Source of the DNA: the human T2T-CHM13v2.0 reference genome, Homo sapiens
Reading direction: 5' to 3' (one strand)
NCBI RefSeq assembly: GCF_009914755.1
Contig: NC_060942.1
DNA: 64,000 nt
Positions 1-12,590 of this stretch are shown here, one piece after another; the first letter of the stretch is position 1; the number at the start of each line of letters is the position of its first letter. The notes beneath the pieces are model-generated. The model was not told the DNA's origin. It made no database searches and saw only the letters and a list, made by a program, of their open reading frames with translations. The translations under genes were made by a program, and so were the position numbers.

Positions 1-249
1 AGGAGTGAGCCACTGTGCCTGGCCTCCCACACAATTTTCTAACATAGCTCAAAGATAATCAATGTTTTCATCACCCTCCCAAGTACAAGAACTTTAGCAC
101 ACTTTGTAATTGAACACCCTTTCTCATTATGTAATTGTTTACTAGTTTTACAATTTTGCTTTTTTTTTAGTATTTTAAGTTAATTTTAGACAAGAGTTAA
201 ATTTGATGATACATTTTAACCATTTCCAGACTCCCCATTATTTCCTTTT

Positions 250-885
<636 letters not shown>

Positions 886-1160
886 CCTCATTATTTCCTT
901 CATCCCTGATTTCCCTGGGAGTTCTAATTTCTTCTTGCTGAGTACTTATTTTAATAGTTATTTTATTGAGAAATTATAAGTAGGAAGTTATAAACTTTTA
1001 TGTCAGAAAATGTCTTTATTTGACCCTTACTCTTAGAAGATAAGTGATCTGGCTTAAAATTTCTAGTTGCAAGTATTTTTCCTTAACACTTTGCTTCTGG
1101 GTTCTATTGTGGCTAATGAGAAGTCAGCTGTCAGCCTGAGAGTCATTTCCTCTTAGACAC

Positions 1161-1592
1161 AATATTGGTTCATTTTGTGTTGCTATAAAAGAATACCTGA
1201 GACTAGGTAATTTATAAAGAAAAGATGTTTATTTAGCTCATGGTTATGTAGACTGGGAAGTTCAAGGGCTCTGGCTTCTGGTTAGGATTTCATGTTGTCA
1301 TAAAGTGGCGAAGGTCAAAGGGGGAAGCAGACACGTTTGAAGAGGGAAAACCCCATGGGCATCCTGGCTTTATAACAACTTACTCTCAAGGGAACTAAGC
1401 CATCTCCCTGACAACTAATCCAGTCTTGCCAGAGTGAAAACTCACTTTTTACTGCAAGAACAGCACCAAGTCATTCATGAAGGATCTGCCCCCATCACTG
1501 AAACACTTCCTACCAGGCCCCACCTCCCAACACTGACACACTGGAGAGCAAATTCCAACATGAGTTTTGGTGGAAACAAACCAAACCATAGC
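1161..1592 (-). mobile_element. MST-family MaLR solo LTR
   Basis: gctataaaagaatacctgagactaggtaatttataaag...ccaaaccatagca. Confidence 0.8.
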
Positions 1593-1769
1593 AGGTACTC
1601 AGTCTTCTCTCACCGAAGATTTTTAAGATTTCCCTTATTCTCGATCCTCTATAGTCTCACTGGGTGAGGATTTATCATTATCTTACAGCTTGGTGTTGAG
1701 AGTGCACTTTGAATTATCCCTGCTTTTCTTTAGCGTCCTAGTAATTACTTGCTCCTTCTTCCCCTAGAA

Positions 1770-1935
1770 AGGGGGTTCTGCAAATTTTTTCTCTAAAGGG
1801 TTAGATAGTAAATATTAGGCTTTATAGTCCATATACAGTCCCAGACACATATCCTTCATTTTCTTTTTTTTAACAACTTTTTAAAAGTGAGAAAAAATAA
1901 TTAGCTCACAGGTTGTAAAAAGTTTGCTAACTCTC
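1770..1935. mobile_element. MER58-like hAT-Charlie DNA transposon
   Basis: ggggttctgcaaatttttttctctaaagggttagatagtaaatatt...gtttgctaactc. Confidence 0.65.
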
Positions 1936-2095
1936 ACCATAGAATTCTGGCCACTACTTCCCAGTCTCTATCACACATTGTGGCTAGCCTTTATCTCCTT
2001 CCTAGTCAACCCAGCTTTCAGCTTTCCACTCAAGATACCCACACACACACAATGCACATGCATATATGTGCTACCAAGCACATTATGCTTCATAG

Positions 2096-2303
2096 GAGTT
2101 TGTTCAAATCATTTGAAACTCAAAGTATCTGCAGTAATGTAACCCTGACACCTATACCTGTGATTTTGGAAGAGTCCTACAGGGGGATATTTTCCTTGGT
2201 GGAAACAGTCTTGGCCTATTGCAATATTTCTCATATACACTCATATCTGAAACAGAAGTTCCATAAAACAGTACTCACTCTTTTGAACCCTAAATGTTCA
2301 AAC
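2096..2303 (+). pseudogene. Candidate upstream exon of decayed + strand gene (3' end unclear)
   Basis: Acceptor ttatgcttcatag|g; open frame SLFKSFETQSICSNVTLTPIPVILEESYRGIFSLVETVLAYCNISHIHSYLKQKFHKTVLTLL; ends at an LTR-derived junction. Confidence 0.35.
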
Positions 2304-2334
2304 AGGGAAAACCTAAGGGGCATCCTGGCTTTAT

Positions 2335-2989
2335 GAGAAACAAATTTATTTCTCAAAGTACTGAAGACTGGGAGTCAAAGAACAGGGCACTGAAAGATTT
2401 GGTGTCTGGTAAGGACCTGCTTCGTGGTTCATAGACGGCATCTTCTAGTCGTATCCTCACATGGCGAAAGGGGTGAGGGAGCTCTCTAGGATGTTTTTTA
2501 TAAGACCCCTGTATTCGTCTGTTTTCACACTGCTATAGAGAAATACCTGAGACTGGGTAATTTATAAAGGAAAGAAGTTTAATTGACTTACAGTTCCACA
2601 TAGCTGAGGAGGCCTCAGGAAACATACAATCATGGTAGAAGGTGAAGGGGAAGGAAAATACATCTTACATGGCAGCAGGAGGTGGGGGAGGAGGAAGTGC
2701 CACACTTTTAAACCATCAGATCTTGTGAGAACTCACTCACTATCACCAGAACATCATGGGGGGAACCGCCGCCATGATCCAGTCACCACCCACCAGGTCC
2801 CTCCCTAGCACATGGGGATTACAACTCGAGATGAGATTTGGGTGGGAACATACAGCCAAACCATATCAGCCCCTAACCCCACTCATGACCTCAGAATCTC
2901 CCAAAGGCCCCACCTCCAAATATGATCACACTGGGGAGTAGGTTTTAACATATGAATTTTGGGGGGACATAAACATTCAGTCTATAGCA
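2335..2989 (-). mobile_element. MLT1A0-like LTR (truncated) with nested MSTA-like solo LTR at 2510-2868
   Basis: MLT1A text resumes after the inner LTR (tgtatt...ccatatca); 5-bp TSD acccc/gcccc. Confidence 0.8.
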
Positions 2990-3878
2990 GTGGTCCACTA
3001 ATCAGTAGTTGTTTTCATTTAAAAAACACTGGTCTATGGTATTCTTTTTAGAACATTGAGAGTTAAGAAGAGTTTTGTGTGCTGGTCTGGGACTCTAGCC
3101 ATCATTTACAACACTGTTTCATTGGGAAAATACATTCTTATGTCCAAACAGCTAGATTAGAATTCAATTTGCAGAACTCAATCCGTCTGTAAACTGGGGA
3201 CTGCCAAGGTCTAAATCAGGAACATTTTTATATTAGGAGTTCACTTAGAAGAAAAACAAGGAAAAGCTGACAACCAGCTTTCCTAAAGTAATTCCAATAC
3301 ACTTGCCTACTTGGGAATAGAGCTTACTGGGAAGTAGTCAACCTTAGCATTTATGTAACTTCTTTTCCCTTTGCAAAAGGGCTTAATTTGAATTTCTGAA
3401 GACAGCACACTGGCAATTCATTTTCTCCATAACACATGGATTGGAAGCTACTTTAATGTAATTGCTACAAAATATAATTCTGCAGTTGCCTGAAGGGCTT
3501 TCTAAAATCCACCAGTTTTTGTTCCTACAGTTCCAGATGTGTTTTAGACAAAACCTTTCCCATTCTTCCCAGTCATGATGGAAAGAGTCAGGCATTTGAG
3601 GAAATATTTCCTCATGCACCCACGTTCATCACAGTGACCTTCAGGAACTTTTAGAATGTTATTAGGAATGACAGAGCCTGGCCTTATTTTTAGGGATTTT
3701 AAAACATTTTAAATCTATTTTATGACAACAGTTTGAACAACAGTCTAACCCAGTGAACTCTAAACCATGCCCATATCAGTAGTTATCCCCAGACTTATTT
3801 CAGAGACCCATAAATTAATCATTTAATACAATTATTTCAGAAAATATTTAGGTTTGAAAGTACATGGGTGTACCCTAC

Positions 3879-4288
3879 TGATACATTTTGGCTGTGTCCC
3901 CACCCAAGTCTCATCTTGAATTGTAGCTCCCATAATCCCCATGTGTCATGGGAAGGACCCTATGGGAGATAATTGAATCATGGGGGCGGTTACCTCCATG
4001 GTGTTCTTGTGATAGTGAGTGAGTTCTTATGTGATCTGATGGTTTTATAAGGGGCCTTCCCCGACTTTACTCCACACCTCTCTTTGCTGCCACCAGTTGG
4101 TGGCAGCAACTGGGGAGTGCTGGCTGGCCTGGTGAAGAAGGACGTGTTTGCCTCCCTTTCCAACATGATTGTAAGTTTCCTGAGGCCTCCCCAGCCCTGC
4201 GGAACTATGAGTCAAGTAAACCTCTTTCCTTTATAAATTACCCAGTCTTGGGTATCTCTTCATAGCAGCGTGAGAACGGACTAATACA
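3879..4288 (+). mobile_element. THE1D-like solo LTR
   Basis: tgatacattttggctgtgtcccc...ggactaataca; perfect TSD cctac. Confidence 0.9.
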
Positions 4289-4384
4289 CCTACCAATTTG
4301 TATTACTTTTTAAATGGTGAAATGGTACTGTCATCATTTACTTTTTTCTACCCCTCAAAAATAAAAAATAAATATCTCTTTAAG

Positions 4385-4605
4385 ATAGTAAATGCAAGGA
4401 TATATATATATTCTCTGTTTGGGGTTGCAACACTGAGAGATGCAAATCTACTGCTTGCCCATGAGCTGATGGATAATCCAGAAGGCTCTAAGCAAAATCC
4501 AAGGCCTTGCCTCAAGGAGTCCATATGCTTTAAATGTCCAAAAACTATATTTATTTCTGTCTTCTGTCCCAAGTCACTCTTGTGAGAAAGCAGTGAAAGA
4601 TCCAT
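4385..4605 (+). pseudogene. Decayed exon, start of GREB1/TAGT-like domain 1
   Basis: Acceptor ctctttaag|, donor |gtatga; IVNARIYIYSLFGVATLRDANLLLAHELMD resembles recalled GREB1 [25 protein letters not shown]; TGA at 4583-4585. Confidence 0.5.
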
Positions 4606-4689
4606 GTATGATATGAGTGGTGCAAAGGAAATGTTCCAAGCATCTAAAATCCTCCTCTTGTTACTTTGCTAGACTTTTAGCATTTTAGA

Positions 4690-4880
4690 CTGTGACTTTC
4701 TGTGAGTTTCCTAACTTGTCTATAAGCCTCGGTTTCATCATCTATAAATTAGAAGTCAATGTATTCATATACGATGCATTTATATCTGATGGGGCTCTAA
4801 GAGGATTCAACTAGCTGATATCTGGGAAGTGCTTATAATAGTGTCTGGCACACTCTAAGCCACTCAATAAATGTTAGTTT
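4690..4880 (+). mobile_element. MIR
   Basis: gcctcggtttcatcatctataaa...ctggcacac...ctcaataaatgttag. Confidence 0.75.
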
Positions 4881-5314
4881 ATTCCCTTAATATTTTGTTG
4901 TTGTTGTTCCAGATTCTAATTTTAAAATAAAATTTCGAAAAAGAATTTTTGGGGGCATCTAGTTCCAGATGGGGGACTGAGCACTGGTATTGGCTCACCA
5001 TCCCTCACTCTGACCCTTTCTACCCCACTTCCCACTACATTAGAGATCCCAATCACATGGGAGCAAATCCATAGGAGCAAAGAGAATGGGAGAGAGACCC
5101 TTACTGGACACTGTGGTGAAGGAAAGACTGCTCTGACTAGTGAAGAGCCTCACCAGACCCCAGGATCACAAGAAGGTGAACTGGGCATCAACCAAGAGCA
5201 TACAAAGGGAAGCATTGGCTAGGAACAGTCTTCTATGATTGGCAAAAAGAGTCATGACTTTGCATCTGCATTAAAGGATGATTATCCTAGCACACAGTGT
5301 AAAAACAGATTATT

Positions 5315-5596
5315 GACCAGGCACAGTGTGGCTCCTGCCTATAATTCCAGCACTTTGGGAGGTTGAGATGGGCAGATTGCTTGAGCCCAGGAGTTTAAGA
5401 CCAGCCTGGGCAATATGGCAAGACTTCATCTCTACCCAAAGTACAAAAATTAGCCGGGCGTGGTGGCAAAGGCTTATAGTCCCAGGTACCCAGGTGGCTG
5501 AGGCTGAAGGATCACCTAAGCCTGGGAGGTCATTGCATCACTATGCTCCAGCCTGGGTGACAGAGTGAAACCTGTCTCAAAAGAAAAGAAAAAAAG
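5315..5596 (+). mobile_element. AluJ element
   Basis: Diverged dimeric Alu; TSD agattattga. Confidence 0.9.
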
Positions 5597-5935
5597 ATTA
5601 TTGATGTCCAAACTTTAAGAATTCACCCATGAAAGATTTCAATATAATTTTAGAACAAAATGCAGTGTTACAAATCTTGACTTGCAGGTTATGTAGTACA
5701 TTAAATAGAGTGGGGGCTGTGGTGCTAGGCAGTCTACATTTAAATCCCATCTCTATCTCACTGAGAGGACCCTGAAGACTGGAGGAAGTGAGGCATGTGC
5801 ACATCTGGAGAAAATGTATTCCAGGCAGTGGGAACAAGAAGTACCAGGGACTTAAGGCAGGAGTAAACCTGGTGTGTTTGAGGAGCAGGCCTGTTTCTCA
5901 GCGGGAGAGAGGGATAATTTCTAAGGTCAGAGAGT

Positions 5936-6359
5936 GCCATGATTTACATGATTGTCCCCCTCCAAAACTAATGTTGAAGCTTAATTCCTAACGTGGCAGT
6001 ATTGACAAGTGAGGCCTTTAAGTGGTAATTGAATCACGAGGGCTCTGCCCTTGTGAACGGAATCCATTCATGGAATAGTGGGTTAATGGATTAATGGGTT
6101 GCCACAGGAATGGGATTGGTATTTCTCTAAGAAGGGGAAGAGACACGTGAGCTAGCGTGCTCAGCCTCCGCATCATCTGATGCTTTGTGTGGCCTCAGGA
6201 CTTTGCAAAGAGTCTCCACCTGTAAGAAGGCTCTCACCTGATACACCCCTCAACCCTGGACTTCTCAGCCTCCATAACTATAAGAAATAAATCCCTTTTC
6301 TTTATAAATTACCTAGCTTCAGGTATTTTGTTATAAGCAACAGAAAATGGACTAATACA
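5936..6359 (+). mobile_element. MSTC/MSTD-like MaLR LTR
   Basis: tgccatgatttacatg...aaaatggactaataca. Confidence 0.8.
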
Positions 6360-6369
6360 GAGAATATCT

Positions 6370-6990
6370 AGTAAAGAATCTAACCCTGCCCAAAAAAGAG
6401 ACCTGGCCTTTGCCTTTGACTTCTGAGAGGTCATTCCTAAGCCTTTGGAATGTCATGCCTGATAGTAGTGTCTTTCTTTGTCTATGGTCTTGGGCCAAGG
6501 AACAATGTGGTTGGGCGTTGGGGATGCTTTGGGTCATGTGGTATTAGCTTGACCTCCTGAAGGGCTGGAACCAGATCAGCCACATGGGCAGTCAACTGTG
6601 CCTATGTGGTGGAGACCCAATAAACACACTGAACACCAAGGCTAATGTGAGCATCCCTGCTGGCAATACTTTGTGCATATTGTCACATATCGGGAGGATA
6701 AGGCTGTCCAGACTTTATTAGGAGAGGACAACACGAAGCTCTGCGTTTGGGACCCTCCAGTATTTCTGCCCTGTGTCTCTCTTCCTTTGGCTGATTTTAA
6801 TCTGTATCCTTCCCTGTAATAAACTGTAATTCTGAATGTATCAGTTTTCAGTGAGTTTCGTGAGTCCTTCTAGTGAATTATCCAAACTGAGGGTGGTTTT
6901 GGAAAGTTTCCAAATTTGCAATTTGGTGTCAGAGTGAGACTGGACTTATATGGCCTGGCTTCCTCTAACTGTAGAATTATCTAAACTCCC
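6370..6990 (+). mobile_element. MER21-like ERVL LTR
   Basis: gtaaagaatctaaccctgcccaaa...aataaactgtaa...gagtccttctagtgaattatc. Confidence 0.7.
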
Positions 6991-6999
6991 GCAGAGAGG

Positions 7000-7770
7000 C
7001 AACAAGAAACCAGGTCATGTGGGGCCTTGCAGGGCATAATAAAGATTTTGTCTATTATTTTAAGAAAGATGAACCACTAGAAGTATCTGGGAAGTATCTG
7101 GGAAGAGGAAGGACTTGATATAACTAGAAGTGAACCACTAGAAGTATCTGGGAAGAGGAAGGACTTGATATAACTGAGATGTTAACAGGTCATTCTGGCT
7201 GCTGCATTGAGAAGATATTGAAAGTAATTAAGGTGATAACTGAAGGCAACTGAAGCAAAAAGCTATTTAGGAGGCCCTTGCAATGATCGGAGGGAGAGAT
7301 GATGGTGGCTGGGACCCACGGGTAGAGATGAGGAATGGAAAGAAGAAGTCAAATGCTGGATATAAAGGTAGACCCAAAAGGCCTTGCTTTCAGATAGTCA
7401 AGGATAATGACAAGACTTTTGGCCTAAGTAACAGTAAGGACGGAGTTTCCATCATCTGAGATGAAGTAGACTGAGGGAAGAGCCAGTTTTCCGCGACGTC
7501 AAGATCTCAGGTTAGGATATGTTAAGTTTGAGATGTTTATTATATATACAGTTGGAGATGGCAGGTAGGTAATAGGATAATTGAGTCTGAAATACAGGGG
7601 AGAGACAGGCTGGCAATATTAACTTGGCAGGCATCAATCTACAGGTGATATTTAAAGCTGTGGAACTGTAGGAGGCCACCTATGCAGAAAGTACAGAATT
7701 AAAAAGAAAAGGCCTGAGAACTGAGTCCCTGGGCATGTCAATATCCAGAGGTCAGAAAGTTGAGAAGCAA
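7000..7770 (-). mobile_element. L2 fragment
   Basis: Purine-rich reverse L2 text (gagagatgatggtggc..., gttaagtttgagatg). Confidence 0.7.
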
Positions 7771-8191
7771 TCATCAATCAAAGTCATATTCACTTCCTAA
7801 GGTGTACTTGTAGCCATTAGAAAAACTAAAATAACATCAACACGAGACAGAGATAAGTAAATAAGCAATATTATTGATACATCAAGAAGTAGTATATTAT
7901 TTAAACACATTCAAGGAGCCACCAGAATAACTAAAAATGAGAACTGTTAGAAGTGTTCGACTCTAGGAAATTGGCCTGGATGTGGAGTGGAAGGACTTTC
8001 ACACTTTATTGTGAAATCTTCTGCATAACAACAACAAAATCCATGTGTGTGTAATTTTACTATGGTAAAAGGGAAATGAAATTAAACATTCTCCAGGTAG
8101 GAAAAATGGGTTTTCTGTGATGAAAGTAATCGTTACATAATTTGTGTAATCTATATGCCGCTGAAGTAATTCAACAGCAAATATTCCCCAG

Positions 8192-8416
8192 GTGGAATCT
8201 TCACCTTTGAAATTTTACATAACCCTGAAAATGCTTCTCCATACTTCTGCTATGTCCCTGGGAAACAGATTATACAAAGTAGAAACAATTATGGAACAAC
8301 TCTGCAATTGCCACATTTTCTGCTCCAAAGGACTTAGTCTCTCCAGACTTCCAGAAACCACAGATTTTGGTCTCAGTACAGCTGACCCAGACACTCGAGC
8401 AAAAAAAGTTAAAGAG
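8192..8416 (+). pseudogene. Decayed exon of TAGT-like domain 1
   Basis: Acceptor ttccccag|, donor gag|gtgcaa; 225 nt open; [15 protein letters not shown] resembles recalled GREB1 LVLPSIFNSAGVGAA; a frameshift in the 5' half is possible. Confidence 0.5.
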
Positions 8417-8534
8417 GTGCAAATTAAGAATGGGAGAAGAGGAAAGGGTTTTTTAAGTCTTTTGGGTTCATAGTGCCTATATAAGATCATAAGAAGAAAA
8501 CAACCATATTAGCTATGATTAACTATAAGGCATT

Positions 8535-8849
8535 GGCCAGGCACAGTCAGTGGCTCACACCTGTAATCCCAGCACTTTGGGAGGCTGAGGCAGGAGAATC
8601 GCTTGAGCCCAGGATTTTAAGACCAGCCTGGGCAACCTAGACTCTGTCTCTACAGTAACTTAAAAAAAAAAAAAAAAATGAGCTGGGTGTGGTGGCACAC
8701 ACCTGTGGTCCCAGTGACCAGGGAGGCTGAGATAAGAGGATCACTTGAGCCCAGGAGGTCGAGGCTGTGGTGAGTTGCGAACTTGCCACTGTGCTTCAGC
8801 CTGGGCAACAGAGCGAGACCCTGTCTCAAAAAATCAAACAAACAAACAA
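8535..8849 (+). mobile_element. AluJ element
   Basis: Dimeric Alu with A-rich linker and (AAAC) tail. Confidence 0.9.
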
Positions 8850-9279
8850 TGAGACATTGTCACACAAACCCAGCAGCACTCAAGAAGTCAGTGTGGCTTC
8901 TAGAGGCTGCTCATCACACAAGTGTAATACTTTTATAGAATATACAAAAAAGCAGGTGCATTAATATGCTAACAACCAGAAAATCCCTTTAGCATTAGCT
9001 AGGAGTCAGGCTAGGTTTTCCCTTTCGATTCAGATCTGAAGATCTAGTTGTCAAATAAGCAAGAAAATGCCAAACACCAAGTTCAGAATCGTGGTTAGAA
9101 AAGATCAGATAGAAATCTTCCAGATAGAGATAGAAAAGGCAAGAAGGTTGATGCAATGATATGGTCAATATTCCAGCTCTTAGGTAGCGGGTTCACAGGA
9201 ATATATATTACTATATATGTCATAATTTTATATATAATATGTATTATTTTGTATTTATCACGTTACATAAAAATATTTT

Positions 9280-9495
9280 AATTTTGATTTTTATTATAAA
9301 TTGATAATTTATAATTGTATGTATGTACAAAATGAGTAAAAAGTGATATTATGATTAATGAATACAATGTGGAATAATTAAATCAAGCTTGTTAATGTAT
9401 CAATCATCTCAAATATGTAACATTTTTTAAAGTGAGAACATTTGAAATTTACTCCCTTGGCAATTCTGAAATGTACAATAAATATTATTAATGTA
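9280..9495 (-). mobile_element. L1MA 3' end fragment
   Basis: gtggaataattaaatcaagc...gtgagaacatttgaaatttactc. Confidence 0.7.
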
Positions 9496-9847
9496 TGAAA
9501 ACATTTTTAAGGAAAGAAAATCAAATGACCTGAGCAAGACAAACTATTGTATTACCCTGCAATATTACTTCATTTCCTCAATAACCTTAAGTTATATCTT
9601 CCTTTTTTATCCATCTTCCAAGTTCTTCCACAAATATTTCAATGCTTCAAAAAATACTGTGCAGGGGAAAAGCAAAGATTTAGAATCAAATCAACTCAAG
9701 TTCAGTTCCTGTGACTTCTAAATCTCTTGAGTCCAGTCTCAGCTACTAATTTGTGTTATTATAGCTACTTCTACTTCTTCCCTCATTTCACGTGTTCATG
9801 TGCATTGCCTTGATTGTGTCAACAGTTACCTTTGTTATCTTTCTCAG

Positions 9848-9939
9848 AAAGGCACCATCATCCTGCTAACCTGAGTTTGGAGAACTGTATATACTGTGGT
9901 CAGCACTGACCTCACAGGAACAATAATTGTTTCCACAAG
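9848..9939 (+). pseudogene. Decayed exon of TAGT-like domain 1 (DxD-strand region)
   Basis: Strong acceptor ttgttatctttctcag|; KGTIILLT*VWRTVYTVVSTDL resembles recalled GREB1 WPFIVISDDS; donor presumed mutated (ag|gaatgc); phase 2 fits the next exon. Confidence 0.4.
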
Positions 9940-10199
9940 GAATGCCACATTATCTTCCCAATGGGCAACTGCACGCACTCCCATGCCAAATCCTAGATGC
10001 TGGAAGCTCAGCATGGGCTGCCTTCTGGACCACCACGTGGCCAGCTGGCAGGGCTGACATGAAGGAGTGGGCTGGCTGACACTCAAAGACATGACTTGGA
10101 AGTCCAGAAGACTGTCAGAGAAAGAAGTCTATATGGTGACTCACACTGAGAGGCTCTATAAGGCAGTAAAATGCCCTTTCAAACTCAGGTCTCCATGAT

Positions 10200-10884
10200 C
10201 CTTCCTGGAGGCTGACTCCAAAGATGAACACCAACAATTCCTCTCGACCCTGTAGATGCCTTTTGTGCCTCCATCAATAGGTGGACTCGATTTCCTCCTC
10301 CTGATTGGAGCTGGCCCTGTAATTTGCCTTAACTAACAGAACATGAGAGAAGTAACCTAGTGATAGCTCTGAGCTGAACCCATAAGGGGCCTGGAAGCTT
10401 CAGGTTTCACTCTCTCGGAACCTCGAGCCTTTATGTCAAGAGGTCCAGGTAGCCTGGTAGAGAGACCACATGGAGAGAGATTCTAGAAGTCTGAAAACTC
10501 AGGCTTCAGATCCTCCAGCCATCCCTGCTAGGAAGCTAGACACATGGCCACTCTAATCCAGCATGACCTCGTCTTAACTCATTACATCTGCAAAGACCCT
10601 CTTTCCAAATAAAAGGAGTTTTATTTGGAAAATTAAACCTCTGAGTTCACATTCTGAGGTTCTGCATAAACATAAACTTTGGGGAGACATTATCTAACCT
10701 AGTTCAAATGCTATCTTCAATGTTCCTGTCCCATTCAAGCCCCCAGGCCACTCTAGCTGCATGGGAAACTACACAAAGATGACTAGAACCACTCACACTG
10801 CAAAATCACAAGCAAATACATGGCTGTAGTTTTAAGCCACTAAACTTTGAGATGATTTGTTACAAAGTGGAAATAACCCAAACA
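10200..10884 (+). mobile_element. MLT1G/H-like LTR with an internal opposite-strand MLT1 fragment (about 10555-10705)
   Basis: gactccaaagatg...gttttaagccactaaactttgagatgatttgttac. Confidence 0.7.
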
Positions 10885-11395
10885 GTCTTTTTGAGACATT
10901 AGAGAGATTTGACCAATCATCAACTTTAATTACTAATAAAATGCTAAAATACATAAATGAAACTACAGTAAAAGTATGAGAACGCTGAGGCCTTTGCAAA
11001 AAGTTGTTGGCACTTTCATAAGATGTCCTACATATTATTCATTACATTGTTTTTCTTCACCCAAGGGTTTCTGAGGGGTGATTTCCTGTCTAAAATGAGA
11101 AGGAAAATGGGGAGGGGAGAAGGCACATACAGGTCTGTGCCTCAAAATGACTGTAGAAGGCTGAGTAATATGGAAGGAATGTGAAATGCTCTGAACCAGG
11201 GAAAGAAAGTGTTGTTTGTTGTGAAGGACACTGGATTTTACCATAGTCAATAGCCCCTGAAAAAGAAAAAGGAAGGGACTGAATTGACATCTTAGTCTGC
11301 AACAATTAGAAGGTGAACAGACTTAAGGTGTAGGGAAAAAAGGGGGGATCTGGTCCTGACCATGGGTTCAATAATTCCACCCTCAACTCCTTTAG

Positions 11396-11501
11396 ACAGA
11401 AGAGTTCAAGTCTCAGCCTTCAGCAAGTCTTAGATCAAATGGATGAAGAGTGTTGTCAATTTTCTGTAACAGCCTCCAAAAAATGTGCAGGATGAGAAAT
11501 G
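11396..11501 (+). pseudogene. Decayed exon of TAGT-like domain 1
   Basis: Acceptor ctcctttag|, donor atg|gtaaat; phase 2 to 0; QKSSSLSLQQVLDQMDEECCQFSVTASKKCAG*EM resembles recalled GREB1 NVSLKHIMQHIE...YALLGLRKW. Confidence 0.55.
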
Positions 11502-11644
11502 GTAAATATTTGTCTCTTGTGACCCCAGAAACAGCGTGGGCTGACACAAAACTGTTGAGAGAGAAAATATAAAATGAGAAAACAAAATAGTCTCCCAAAA
11601 AAAGAGGTGACTAGAAAAATCTAAATTTTCTTTTCCATTTAATA

Positions 11645-11830
11645 ACCATGAACATTGGGTAAGTTCCTTATGCAATTTGTGGTTTCAGATTCCTCATTTT
11701 AAAAAAGGGAATAATAATACCCTACTTCCCTCTGAAGGTCATTCTGAAAAGCAAATGCAATTATAAATGTGAAACCACTTTGAACAGTCCAAAAGTACAT
11801 GCCAAAGATAAGGTTTCACTATTATTAGTC
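11645..11830 (+). mobile_element. MIR
   Basis: ttcagattcctcattttaaaaaagggaataataatacc. Confidence 0.7.
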
Positions 11831-12103
11831 AGCATATATTGAAGCATGTTCACTGGGAAAACATTTTCTGCAGTGACAATTTCAAATGTGACTGATTAAA
11901 AGGAATTGCTAAAGAAATTTGCAGAACAGTAGCAATGAGGCAGCCATGATCTCCTTAACAGGATACTATGCTCTAGTACTTCTGAATTCTCATTTCAATC
12001 CTGTCCAGGAATTTCAGAACTTTATTCTCCAAAATGCTTCCTCTCTCCCCTACCCTCATGTATTTACAACAATGATCATTATTTGCAATCTATAAACTTC
12101 CAG

Positions 12104-12220
12104 TTAACGTCCTCCAGGAAAACCACCTTCCTGAATCTCCACACCAGATTCAGCTGTCATCTCCTATTTACTCTCAAGTCCAACTGAGACCACTGCCAAG
12201 ATGAAGCTGGTGTCTGGAGC
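12104..12220 (+). pseudogene. Decayed exon of TAGT-like domain 1
   Basis: Acceptor cttccag|, donor |gtatgt; 117 nt; LTSSRKTTFLNLHTRFSCHLLFTLKSN*DHCQDEAGVWS (an alternative frame ends SWCLE). Confidence 0.55.
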
Positions 12221-12369
12221 GTATGTTTTCTCCTGGGGTCTTGATTACCAGTCAGTTTGGCATCTTACGAGATGATGGAAAGAGAAAAGACTGAATTTAT
12301 TTTTCTGTGCCACTATAAAATCTCTTGACATTTGGCTTTCCAAGCAAACCTAAAAGAAATGAATTAAGT

Positions 12370-12590
12370 AATTAAATCCTGCTAACTATGTACAAGACAA
12401 CTTCCAAACATTATTTCATGTCATCCTTACAAATGTCTCCTAATATTGATAATATTTTTTCCCATTTATATATAAAAGTTAAGGTCAAAGATCTTCAGTT
12501 ACTTGCCTAAAGCTACAGAGCTAACATGCAATCAAGCCAGAACATGAACCCAGGTGGTCTGAATTCAGAATTCAACCTCTTGCTATTACA
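12370..12590 (-). mobile_element. MIR
   Basis: cccatttata...ttacttgcctaaagctacagagctaa...tgaacccaggtggtctga. Confidence 0.7.

Noticed and set aside
3380-3653. Additional exon of the decayed gene
   Set aside because: The island is unique and has plausible acceptors, but three frames compete and there is no clear donor, so it could not be called.
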